Source of the DNA: the human T2T-CHM13v2.0 reference genome, Homo sapiens
Direction: 5' to 3' (one strand)
DNA length: 64,000 bases
Assembly (NCBI RefSeq): GCF_009914755.1
Contig: NC_060930.1
The first letter of the stretch is position 1, and each line of letters opens with the position of its first letter. The position numbers and the translations under genes were made by a program. Under the pieces are notes generated by a model. That model was not told the origin of the DNA. It searched no databases and saw only the letters and a list, made by a program, of their open reading frames with translations. Below, one piece after another: positions 9,881 through 22,017 of this stretch.

Positions 9881-11614
9881 TCGTCATTTTCATCCAATAT
9901 AGAGCCTGTGAATTCATGTTCCTCTCCAGAGCCCAGGGAAGAATGATGGACGTAGTTCCTTTTCGCTTGGGATCAATTTTTCTTTCTGATTTCTGAGTTC
10001 AGGGCAAAGCACATATTCAATAGAGATTTGTTGAGAAAGTATTATAGAAAATGAATGTTATAATACCATATAGTTTCCCCAGCTCAATTCCCTGAAGATT
10101 TATTCCAAGATCCTTATGGGGTCCAGAGCTCTATATTTCCACCTACTAATTCTAACTCTGCCAGCTGGAACAACACATGCTTTCATCATGAAAAGCAAGC
10201 TCTCCTTTTGGCATCAGAAAGAGCTGGCCCATGGGCAGCAGGTCCCCCTTTCCTGCAGAGTCCATTGAGCCCAGCCAGAGATCAGTGCTGGGTATGGAAG
10301 ACAGCGTCCTCTGAAGAAGAACTGCAGGTAAGACATAAACTACTGAAGTGGGACATTTTAAGTGAGGGCAACATAAATCACCCATGGGAAAAGCAGGGGC
10401 AGGTTTCCTTACTTAAAGAAATATGTCTCTTCAGACACAGGCAAACAAAACCAGTTACCAAGAGTTGGAGAAATATGAGGGAGAGGAAGAGCTTAGGTAG
10501 GGACTTGAACTAATAACACCAGAAACCTTGATTTTGTGCTTGATTTTCCCAGGGCAGCTTGGGAAGAAAGACTTATTAGTTAATAAACAAGAGAAACAAA
10601 GCTTAAGAATGAAGATCACAAAAATCAAAAAGGAAAATAGTGACAGAGGCTTAGAGTTGGAAGTAAACTTAGAAGTCACTTAAAATAAACTTTCACCCTG
10701 TTTAGGATTCCATTCTCCTGTGTTCTGTTCCTCTTCCTAGACAGCGAGAAGCCACCACTGATGGGTTGGGCTGGGTACAGGGCCAACTACCTGCAGTTGC
10801 TGTGCCAAAGGAGAAGGCAGAGAGCCTTAGACACTGGGAGAAGAAGTCCAAAACCACATTGCTAAACCAGAATGCTGGTCAGAGAACAGAACTCAGGCCC
10901 AAATCCAGAATGGAGGCATGACAGGAACCAGGGAATCTACAAGGAAAAATCATCAAGGCAGGCAACAGGGTGGTAGGCTATGAAATTCTGCAGATAAAAT
11001 GCTGGTGACAAAAATGAGCTTTTCAGAGGATTACATATGTAACCAGAGTTTATTTTAAGGGTCAGGATAGATTTAGGTGACTTTTTTTCACCTCTGCCTA
11101 AGTATTTCTGGAGACTAGAATCTTATATTTGATAAGGGAAAGCTTTACTTGTTAGAAAATTCTTTCCTTTCCTGAGTTGAATATTGCTTTTCTCTAATTT
11201 TTCCTGAGTTCTGCCTTTTAGAAAAACACTGAACAAATTTAGTCCACTGTGCACGTGACTTCCCTTCAGCTACTTGAATACAGTGATTATGTCATTCTTT
11301 AGCAGTTTATGCTCCAAGACAAATCGCTTCTTTCCATTATTACCTTTGTTATTGTCTTCCTAACCCCCTAATCAGGCCATGATCATATCCCAATTTTTGA
11401 ATATGCTTTAAGAACATATTGTATCCAGAACTGGACACAATACCACACATATACTTTGACTCTCTTTAATCATTATTCTCCTATTTCTGCCTAAATTTAC
11501 GTTACTTTGTTTGCAGTCTTGCCACATTTTGAGCTCACACTTAGCTCAGAGCCAGCTATAACCCTGAAGCCATTTTTATATGAATTGCAATAATTGGATA
11601 TGAATATGAACCTT

Positions 11615-12090
11615 TTCTTAAGTTGAATTTCTCCAGAAAGAGACCCTGAGAGGAGCACTTGCCCACAAGTTGTGTACTGGGGAAGCGATCCCTGGAAGCT
11701 CTGGTAGAAGAGCGGGCAAGAGGCAGCAAACAATATGCAGGCAATAAAGGGACATTATCATGCAGGGTTGCCGCTGTGGGAAACAGGAGTTCAGTCCTGC
11801 TGGGAACTCTGGGAGACAGTGGAGAACATGCCTCACAAGTGTCCTCACTCCCCGTGGGGCAAGAGAATTGAGGGTAGCAATTGGAGCAATTCCTGTCAAT
11901 CATGGCTGAACGTTGCTGGGGAGGGAGGTACATGTCAATTTCTAGTTACTCCCTGTGTGTCCCAAGTACAGGCTCCTGTCTCCAGAGAAAGCCCTCAGGC
12001 AAAGAGTTGCAGATGCTGGAGGTTGGACATTTTAATGTTGGTTTGTGTGAGGAAGGTAGGCACCAAGGGGACGTGGTCAGAGCAATAGCA
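11615..12090. mobile_element. Old ERVL LTR (LTR16-like)
   Basis: 'ttctccagaaagagaccctgaga...tggggaagcgatccctggaagc...gagaaagccctcaggcaaaga' resembles the LTR16 family. Confidence 0.55.
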
Positions 12091-12587
12091 TACTAGATAC
12101 AGATGTGATTATGGAGAGAAAGAAAGGTGGAGGCGGGGGAGTGCAGAGAGACAGAGAGAAAGAGAGAAAGTGGGGGGATATTTCCACAGACATAGATAAC
12201 ACTATAGATAAAGACGTGAAAACAAAGACCTGAAGAAGTCAAAGCAAAGGTATATCTAATCATTTGTAGTGGGAACAGGCACTTCTAGAATCACCCATAG
12301 AGACTACTATTTCTTCATAGCAAGGAAAATCACAAAAGAAAATTAAAGTGAAAGCTTGCTTTAAATAAGTGTGTTGTTAGATTCTGGATTACTTCCATGC
12401 AATGATTCCTTAAATTTAGTCATTATTCTATTACAAAAGTAATAAAATGCATTGTAGACAACTGGGAATTAAAGAAAAAACCTATAGTCACATGATCCAA
12501 ACATTGACATTGTAGATTTTATTTTTCCTTCCAGTGACTTTCATATAAGTCTCATTTTAACAGAGTTAGAATCAGCTTTCATTTATA

Positions 12588-12672
12588 TTAGATTGATGCA
12601 AAGGTAATTGCAGTTTGCAGTTTTTGCTATTACTTTTAATGGTAAAACCCAATTACCTTGGCACCAACCCGA
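12588..12672. mobile_element. MADE1 mariner-derived MITE (palindromic)
   Basis: ttagattgatgcaaaggtaattgc...ttttgctattacttttaatggtaaaacccaattaccttggcaccaacccga, flanked by TA on both sides. Confidence 0.85.
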
Positions 12673-12955
12673 TAATTGGGTTTTCTGCTCTTTTTTTTTC
12701 ATTTAGCATTGTGACCTACAGCAGGAGTCTCCACTTGATCAGATCTGAGGAATCACCCACTTATGGAGTTAGACAAATCTCCCTCTCTCACAGAATCCAG
12801 GAAAGCTTTGGGAAATAATTCATACCTGGTTCCTAACTGAGGTTCAAATGTATAGCACCATAGCCAATAGGCAGTAGTGTCCTGGGGAAACCAGATTATG
12901 GAGAGGGGCAACAGATGGTGTGAAAGAAGGAGAAAAAAAGAATCATGAGAAATAA

Positions 12956-13137
12956 GTGAGAGATCCCATTTCTAAAAAAAAAAAAAAAATTAGCTAGGCA
13001 CGGTAGCACACCTGTAGTCCCAGCTACTCTGGAGGCTGACATGGGAGGATCCATTGAGTCCCAGGAGTATGAGGCTGCAGTGAGCCATGATCACACCACT
13101 ACACTGCAGCCTAAGTGAAGTTACAGGATAAGACCGG
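12956..13137 (+). mobile_element. 5'-truncated old Alu (AluJ-like: linker plus right arm)
   Basis: A-rich linker, then cctgtagtcccagctactctggaggctga...gaggctgcagtgagccatgatcacaccact. Confidence 0.85.
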
Positions 13138-13300
13138 AAAGAGGAAAGGGGAAAGGGGAAAGGGAAAGGGAAAGGGAAAGGAAGGGAAGGGAAGGGAAGG
13201 GAAGGGAAGGGAAGGGAAGGGAAGGGAAGGGAAGGGAAGGGAAGGGAAGGGAAAGAAAGAGAAGAAGCAGAAGGAGAGGGAGAGGGAGAAGAAGAAAGCA
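13138..13300. repeat. (GGAAG)n polypurine microsatellite in the Alu tail
   Basis: gggaa pentamers from ~13165 to 13255 with purine-rich flanks. Confidence 0.95.
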
Positions 13301-14159
13301 TGACATCTGGGCAAAAATCAGCAACAAGGCTTGGGTGATGGGTGGACAGAAGCAATAATTAAACCCATTAGATCCTGGAGCAGGGATTAAACCCATCAGA
13401 ATCTACCACACTCAGCAACAAAGAAGGCTGTGTGGCTCAACATTAAGAATGTATCATGGGGTGTCAATAACAGAAATCGGAAGCAGAGGGTACCTGAGTA
13501 CCTGAGCTCTTAATGACAGCAAGGAAGAGAACCTCATAGGACATAAGATGTCAATGCTGTGTAAGCACTACCTCATGGGCAGCTCAAGCCAGGAATAGCT
13601 AGCTAGGTGGCTGTGGATAGATGCATGGAACAACCATAGGAGCAATAAAGTATCCACAGGCAAGAGCCAAAACAGAGCATAAAATTAGCAGCTGAAACAA
13701 AGAAGGCAGAGATGCAGGCGGTATGCAAATTATATGAAGGGCAACACTCTCCCTTATCCAAAGACCCAGCGCAATTGGGACATGCCATGGGCTTTGCCAT
13801 GTGGCACATAGGGGGTTTGGGTAAATCATTAAAGTGACTTGCTTAGTATTCATCAGCTAAAAGGTAAAGCATTGAAGGTATTTCTTACTGACATTAACAA
13901 AAATACTCCATAAACTTCATTATGTGAATATATCTTAATGTATTTAATCATTTCCCTATTTCTAGACATTTTGATTATTATAGTTTTCTGAATTCTGTAA
14001 TTAGTATGAGAAATTATTTCATGCCAAAAGATTTTTCTATGTATAATATCATTTTTAGGCTAGTTTCTGAGATTATTATTTTATCAATTATTTAGTAATA
14101 ATTATTATTTTTACTGTCAAACAATATATTTTTAGATGACAATTGACTTGGTAAAATCC

Positions 14160-14250
14160 TTTGAGATAGGACTTATTTTATAAATATGAAAACTGAGGCT
14201 CAAAAATATAAACTTGCCTAAGATCACAAGGCTAGTGAAGTACATCCATT
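14160..14250 (-). mobile_element. MIR fragment
   Basis: 'atgaaaactgaggctca...aacttgcctaagatcaca...actcttaaccaccatact'. Confidence 0.65.
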
Positions 14251-17200
14251 GGATTGCAAAGCCCACACTCTTAACCACCATACTATGCTGAAAAGCTATG
14301 CTAAAAATGCTATTCTGAAAGCTCTTGATACAAATAAACACACTCAGTTTGAATAGCAAAATAATGGAAATGTTATACTGCTGACTGTAGAATCACCAGT
14401 TGGAAAGTGAGTATGAATTATCTCCGTAGGGGCTTCAAGATTCTATGGAATTGGGGAAGTTCGTCTAACTACACAAGTAGAATTACCACCACACATTGAC
14501 TTGCCGTGGAAGGCTACCACAAGAAAGCCCAATTCTACCTTTGAATCACAGTTTAATTGTGGTAATTTATAGATATATTAGAAAAATACTTGAAATAAAA
14601 AGATTTATAGTAATTATCTTATGGTTCTGCAATTTAATAACATACACCATTCTGAAAGTAACATTTAAAAAAATAGGTCATTATTACTTCCAAAATATTT
14701 ACTAAAGAATTTCAAAATAAAAAAAAAAGTTAGAGAAGAAATTACTCTATCCTCAAAAATGTGAAGCTATTCATAAGTTAATGTAAAAATAGTCAGCTAA
14801 ATTCCTACTGAGAATCACCCAACAATTATAAAATTGAGACCAACATTGTGTGGGTATCAGTAAACCCTCAATGTACTGGCTATATTTTAAAAATAAACTC
14901 AGTTCTTATTTTTTATAGACTAACCTCACTCAGAATTAGCATGTTTAAACATTTCATTCACTACGGTGGTACATCTGATTTAGGGGGAAAATCTGTAATA
15001 AAAGAAACCTAGGTTAGAAATACTTAGCTGTAGTAAAAGTTAGCTGTTTGGTGGTGGGTAATCACTTGACTCCTTTAATCCTCAGCATTTTTATCTCTAA
15101 AATAATGAATCGATTATGTAAAATAATAATAAATGCATTCAGGACTTATTACATGTCCCTATGTCTCTAGCATTATGTCTTTGATGTTGTTTAATCCACA
15201 GAGCTGAGTGAAGTAGGTATGAAGTGCTGTATTAACAGAATAGACTAAGCTAGGAGAGAGGGAAGACAAAAGGGAAGGGAAGGGAAGGGGATGGGAGGGG
15301 AGGGGAGGGGAGGGGATCTCAGTGCCTTCATAAAATAACGTTTATTTCATGCTTACATAAAGTTACATGCAGGTTGAGCTACCTTGTTTCATGCCAGTAG
15401 CAACCCCAGCTGGACTCTGCAGTTCCTAAGTCACTACACAGGGCAATTGCATGAGCTGGAGGCTTGTGCAGGATGCTTGTAAAGACCAGAACCGGCAGTG
15501 GATGGCTTCTCTTCACTTCCGCCCACACTCCCTGGGTGGAGCTCAGTCATGTATCTCCTGAAACTTAACGATAAGGGAGGCTAAGAAATATAGTCGCCCT
15601 AATGTCTAACACCATAAATAGTGAACACAGTTCACTGCCTCTGTCATAGTTATTTGACCCAATCTATATATAAAAAGACTGGGGCTTAGATATACTAAGT
15701 AGTTTGCCTAGGGTCACACAGTTAACAAGTGATGACTATGAGAGACACAGGATCAAAAGAATCCAGGGTTTACCTTAACTAACCTCTAAATTATGCAAAC
15801 CTCTAAGTCTCCTTCCATTTGCAGTATTGTCACCACGATGACTGCACCCAGAAAACAGAGTAACTGATAGCACAAATTCTTTTGATTTGTTTTTCTTTTT
15901 TCAGTTCTTTGTTACAATGTATAATCTGTTTCCATGTAGCCACACAGATGAGCACATGGCAGAGATTTTTATCACAGACTTTTGTAACCAGTTCTTTCTA
16001 TTTATCAAAACCCAGTCTGATTGTGAAGACTTACATCAAGTCCACCCCAAGTAACTAGTAAACAGATGTATCTTAAAATAACCTTAATCCCCTCATATTG
16101 GAATACCGTATTTAATTGACCATAAGTAGTGGTCATGGAGAGAAGTGTTTTTTCAATAATTGAAGGCATCAGTTGAGTTTTTAATTTTTAAAATAATTTT
16201 TAATCAATACAAATTAATTTTTGCCCAAAGTTTAAAATAACTAGTTAAAAAATATAAAAATATAGGGTAGGGAGCACATTATTTTTACACCTGCAAGGTT
16301 ATAGTAGAACCTTAGTGATAAAATGAAAATACTTTTCTAGGAGAGAGGGCTTATAATTAATGAGTGGTTTCTGCTCATTCAGGGTGATATTTTTCTTGCT
16401 GAAATGCAATCTATTTCTCCTGTAGAAATATGTATAATTTACAACTTGATGAGATACCTTCTATTTCTCCTGTACAAAGCATACGCTTTGTGAAAGAATG
16501 ACTGTAATGCCTGGCAGCGGAGAGCCTCAGAGGTGCAGGGTCTGAGATCCAAAGAGATGTGAGTAATGAAGAAGCTCTGACCAATGACCCACATTAGCAA
16601 TACCAAGTGACCTGAAGACATGGTCATTCCCAAGATATGAGGAGGATATAATTTACGGCATTATTTACACTTAACGCCTCCCATCAGCTTGCTGTAATGG
16701 TGTCAAGATATTTCCTACCCATTATAAGAGGTTATAATGTTGCAGAGCTTCAGCCTGTTTTACCTTCAGAAAGACTGTTGATCCTCATTTCTTCTTTTTG
16801 TAATCCCTATGTTTAAATCTGTAGATCTGAGGCCTGAAATCCTAGAGACTGTAAATATTATCTACCTTCCCTTTTCCTATTAAGCCATTCTAAATTTGTC
16901 TGAAATATAAAGGCTAAGCTAGAAGGAAAAATGTACTCATGAAAGATTTAGTTTTCCCTGATTATCATCTTTTTGTTTACCATTTCTGTTGGCATATGCA
17001 GGTAAAATTGAATGACAAACGTCATTTTACTCTTCCTCTTGTTTATGTTAAAGTAATGACATTGCAGAGCATTATGCATAATATATAAAGCAGTTTCACT
17101 TAAAAACAAATGTTATCTATATTCTACTTCCTTAAAACCAACACAAATATGTGATGGGTTTTAATTTTATCTCAAAATGTTTATGCAAAGTTTAAGAAAC

Positions 17201-17889
17201 ACCATCTCTGTATATTTAAATTTTTTAAAATATTATTTTCAAACTGGTTCTTCTTAAACTGTAGTCTAGAAAGAGTCCTGAACCACACCTGAATCTTAAG
17301 AAAACTTTGCACCCATTGCTAACATTAAAGGAAGGAGAGGGAACTATTTCACATTTTGGAAACCACAAATCACAGCATCAGTCAGCATATTGGGAAAAAA
17401 GCCTGAATATTGGAGATTTATTTCCTAGCAAATATCATTGTCCCTTATATTCAAAATTGAAGTTAGAAAATGATATTTTGTCTATACCACTGCACAATTT
17501 GACCATGTAACCGCTCAGGGAGTTATTAAAATTTCTTCCAAAGGTTTTAAATAAAAAGGTCAATAGGTATTTATTGTGTCACCAATTATGTGTCACCTGG
17601 CCAAAGGCACTAGAATTGTTTTCTTTCCTGACATTTAAGGTACAAAAATCCACAGTATTTGACACAATTCATAATTTGTTGGTGAGAGTCACCAGTTAGG
17701 ATAGGACCCTCATGATCTAATGGTTTGTGACTATGCTTCTTCTACTAGAAGAAATTCTCATTGTTGGAAACAGCTAGCCAACCAGTATCATAGGAGTCTT
17801 TTCAGCCCCCAACATTTTGATAAATCCTCTAACAATAATAACCAATGAATTAGTTAATAACTGTGGAAATTTGAAGGAGTCCTTCTAAG

Positions 17890-18070
17890 GCCATGGTTCT
17901 TAATCTGGACTGTATGTTAGAGCACCAAAGTAGCAAAAAAACAAAACTGATACCTGAGTCCAACCTCTCAGACAATTTGCAGCCTTTAGAAATATAGCCT
18001 ATGTATCCATATCTTTCAGAAAGTGTTCCAGGTTTTTCTACTGTGCAGCCAGGATGGAGAATTATTGTCT
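17890..18070. mobile_element. MER5A-like hAT MITE
   Basis: 'ccatggttcttaatctggactgtatgttagagcacc...tgtgcagccaggatggagaattattg'. Confidence 0.6.
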
Positions 18071-18555
18071 CAAAAGTGTGAGTAGAGACATTGAATTAAA
18101 AAAAATCCCTAAGAGTTGTACAAAAGTCTACTTTAGAAAATTTTTACATTCCTACCTGTAATCCTGGCTCACATTTTGTATAACAAGCTGAGAGCTCGCC
18201 CATGGCCCCAGAGGCTCCCAATAGAATCGGCCAAAGGGAGGAAGAAATGCTACATTAAGCATTAAAAAACAACTCCTAAGGGGATGAAGAGCTTTCTTTC
18301 CTCCTCCTCATTCTCTTCATCTCCCAACCAGAGCAGTATCCTCCAATAAGAGTTGGTTTTGTACTCAATACCAAAGGGGGCAGGGTGGGAATGTGAGACG
18401 CAATGTCTGATATGAACTCTTTATGCCCCCGACAAACACAACCACAAAACCATCAGTTTTATTTGTTACATTTCCCTCTTCATGTAGACATGGACATACC
18501 TTTCTATTAAATTAATCTCTATTCCATCAGAATCCCCTTGGTTCTTGAAGAATCC

Positions 18556-20850
18556 TGTATTAGTCTATTTTTGTACTGCTGATAAAGACATACCCAAGAC
18601 TGCGCAATTTACAAAAGAAAGAGATTTATTGGACTTACAGTTCCACATGGCTGGGGAAGCCTCACAATCATGGTGGAAGGCAAGTAGGAGCAAGTCACAT
18701 CTTACATGGATGGTAGTGGGCAAAGAGAGAGCTTGTGCAGAGAAACTCCCATTTTTAAGACCATCAGATCTCATGGGACCCATTCACTATCATGAGAACA
18801 GCACAGGAAAGACCTGGCCCCATGATTCAATCAACGCCAACCGGGTCCCTCCCACAGCACATGGGAATTATGAGAGCTACAAGATGAGATTTGGGTGGGT
18901 ACACAGAGCCAAACCATATCATTCCACCCCTGGACTCTCCCAAATCTCATACTTCACATTTCAAAACAAATCATGCCTTCCCAACAGTCCCCCAAAGTCT
19001 CAACTCATATCAGCATTAACTCAAAAGTCCACAGTGCAAAGTCTTATCTGAGACAAGGCAAGTCTCTTCTGCCTATGAGCCTGTAAAATCAACAGCAACT
19101 TAGTTACTTCCTAGATACAATGGGGATACAAGCATTGGGTAAATACAGCCATTCCAAATGGGAGAAATTGGCAAAAAAATACAGCCATTCCAAATGGGAG
19201 AAATTGGCTATAGGCACCACGCAAGTCCAAAATCCAGTGGGGCAGTCAAATCTTAGAGCTCCAAAATGATCTCCTTTGACTCCATGTCTCCTACCCAGGT
19301 CACACTGATGCAAGAGGTAGATTCCAATGGTTTTGGGCAGCTCTACCCCTGTGGCTTTGGAGGGCACAGCTTCTCTCCCTGCTGCTTTCATGGGCTGGCA
19401 ATGAGTGTCTGCTGCTTTTTAAGGAGAATGGTGCAAAGTGTTGGTGGATCTACCATTCTGGGGTCTGGAGGATGGCCTTCTGCTCATAGCTCTACTAGGT
19501 GTGCCCCAGTAGGGACTCTGTGTGGGGGCTCCAGCCCCACATTTCCCTTCTGCACTGCCCTAGCAGAGGTTCCCCATGAGCACCCTGCCCCTGCAGCAAA
19601 CTTCTGCTCTTTTGAAATCTAGGCACAGGTTCCCAAACCCCAATTCTTGACTTCTGTGCACTTGCAGGCTCAACACCACATGGAAGCTGCCAAGGCTTGG
19701 GGCTTGCACCCTCTGAAGCCACTGCCTGAGCTTTATGTTGGCCCCTTTCAGCTGTGGCTGGGGCAGCTGGAACACAGGGCACCAAGTCCCTAGGCTGCAC
19801 ACAGCACGGAGACCCTGGTCCCAGACCATGAAACCATTTTCCCCTATGCCTCCAGGCCTGTGATGGCAGGGGCTGCGTGATGACCTCTGACATGTCCTGG
19901 AGACATTTTCCTCATTGTCTGGGGGATTAACATTTGACTCATTACTTATGCAAATTTCTGCAACCAGCTTGAATTTCTCCTTACAAAATGGGTTTTTCTT
20001 CTCTATCACATTGTCAGGCTGCACATTTTCCAAACTTTTATCCTCTTCTTCCCTTATAAAACTGAATACCCTTAACAGCACCCAAGTCACCTCTTGAATG
20101 CTTTGGTGCTTAGAAATTTCTTCCATCAGATACCCTGAATCATCTCTCTCAAGTTCAAAGTTCCACAAATTTCTAGAGCAGGAGCAAAATGCTGACAGTC
20201 TCTTTGCTAAAATATAACAAGAGTCACCTTTGCTCCACTTCCCAACAAGTTCCTCATCTCCATCTGAGACCACCTCAACCTGGACCTTACTGTCCATATC
20301 GCTATCAGGCTTTTGGTCAAACCCATTCAACAAGTCTCTAGGAAGTTCTAAACTTTCCCACATTTTCCTATCTTCTTCTGAGCCCTCCAAACTGTTCCAA
20401 CCTCTGCCTGTTACCCAGTTCCAAAGTTGCTTCCATATTTGGGGGTATCTTTTCAGCAATGCCCCACTCCTTGTACCAATTTACTATATTAATCTGTTTT
20501 CACAATGCTGATGAAAACATACATGAGACTGGGCAATTTAAAAAAGAAAGAAGTTTATTGGACTTATAGTTCCACATGGCTGAGGAGGCCTCACAATCAT
20601 GGCAGAAGGCAAGGAGGAGCAAGTCACATCTTATGTGGAAGGCAGCAGGCAAAGAGAGAGCTTGTGCAGAGAAACTCCCATTTTTAAAACCATCAGATTT
20701 CATGAGACCCATTCATTATCATGAGAACAGCACAGGAAAGACCTGCCCTCATGATTCAATCACCTCCCACTGGGTTCCTCCCACAACATGTGGGAATTAT
20801 GGGAGCTACAAGATGAGATTTGGGTGGGGACACAAAGCCAAATGACATTA
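18556..20850 (-). mobile_element. Full-length THE1B MaLR element (LTRs 18556-18921 and 20485-20850, THE1-int between them)
   Basis: Two 366-bp direct LTRs, 5-bp TSD AATCC (18551-18555 and 20851-20855), internal ORF with the THE1 signature LEGSEEDRKMWESLELPRDLLNGFDQ. Confidence 0.93.
19495..20459 (-). pseudogene. THE1 internal ORF remnant, broken by a frameshift near 19875
   Basis: ORF 19560-20459 follows the THE1-int protein up to ...CQRSSR; the homologous sequence continues in ORF 19495-19893 (QPLPSQAW...CCVQPRDLVPCVPAAP). Confidence 0.75.
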
Positions 20851-21516
20851 AATCCCATATTTAATTCATTAAGTAGCCAATTATAAAAGATCTGCTGAGG
20901 GTCAGGCATTGTGCTCTTCTCTGAGTCCACAGCTGATTAAAAAAATAGACACATTTACAAAATGCCCAGGAACACAAAGGTGAGAGTGGCCAGCTCTGGT
21001 GCTATTCAGAGCCTTCCCTCTGCTCAACCAGCAGGACAACTCCTGCCAGCATCTGCTGCATCATCAGCCTTTCTGACAGCCCAGAAGTAAGAGAGTTGTG
21101 CAGCAAGAGGTACCACAGTGAGTCCATAAGTAGACCACATCTTATCAATTTTTGTATCTCCCAGAGTACCTTGCACATATTAATTACTGAGCAAATATCC
21201 AATCAATAAATGAATAACAAATCTGAATTTCAATCCTGACACCCACTTATGAATTATGGATTTTCTTACTGTTTTGAAAGAAAAAAAATATTGCCAGGAT
21301 CATGGTTGTGCATGTGTGTTTAACATAAGGTCTGTAATAGGTACTTTTGAGGCCACGAAGATAAAAAAGAAAGAAACCCACCAACATTGGGAACTGTATG
21401 TATGGAATATTATATAAATGACATCATTTAATTTAAATCACTAATTATATTTATTATTTTAATCTCATTTAATTTAATCCTTCACAACAACTCTTTGAAT
21501 TTTGGTACTATTATTG

Positions 21517-21583
21517 TTTTTTAATTGATACTAGTAATCATACAAATTTCTCACGTACATATGTTATTTTGTGACATGCATAT
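21517..21583 (-). mobile_element. Extreme 3' end of the L1MA-type element interrupted by HERV-H
   Basis: 'ttttaattgatactagtaat...gtacatatgttattttgtgacatgcata' joins 'taacatgtaataatcaattcagggta' after the provirus to rebuild an L1MA 3' end. Confidence 0.7.
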
Positions 21584-22017
21584 TTTCATGTGCGTCCGTG
21601 TGAAGAGACCACCAAACAGGCTTTGTGTGAGCAGCATGGCTGTTTATTTCACCTGGGTGCAGGTGGGCTGAGTGCGAAAAGAGAATCAGCGAAGGGAGAT
21701 AGGGGTGGGGCCGTTTTATAGGATTTGGGAAGGTAATGGAAAATTACAGTCAAAGGGGGTTGTTCTCTGGTGGGCAGGGGCGGGGGTCACAAGGTGCTCA
21801 GTGGGGAAGCTTCTGAGCCAGGAGAAGGAAATTCACAGGGTTAATCACTCAGTTAAGGTGGGTCAGGAACAAATCACAATGGTGGAATGTCATCAGTTAA
21901 GGCAGGGCAGGGCCTTTTCACTTCTTTTGTGATTCTTCAGTTACTTCAGGCCATCTGGGCATATATGTGCAAGTCACAGGGGATGCGATGGCTTGGCTTG
22001 GGCTCAGAGGCCTGACA
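21584..22017 (-). mobile_element. HERV-H 3' LTR (LTR7 family, probably LTR7Y-like)
   Basis: Minus strand reads TGTCAGGCCTCTGAGCCCAAGC...CATGAAA; preceded by PPT AAGAAGGCAGGAA (22018-22030); AATAAA at 21643-21648 (-). Confidence 0.9.

Noticed and set aside
12990-13396. ORFs with PFPSL or GREGK repeats
   Set aside because: Translations of the (GGAAG)n microsatellite and the Alu
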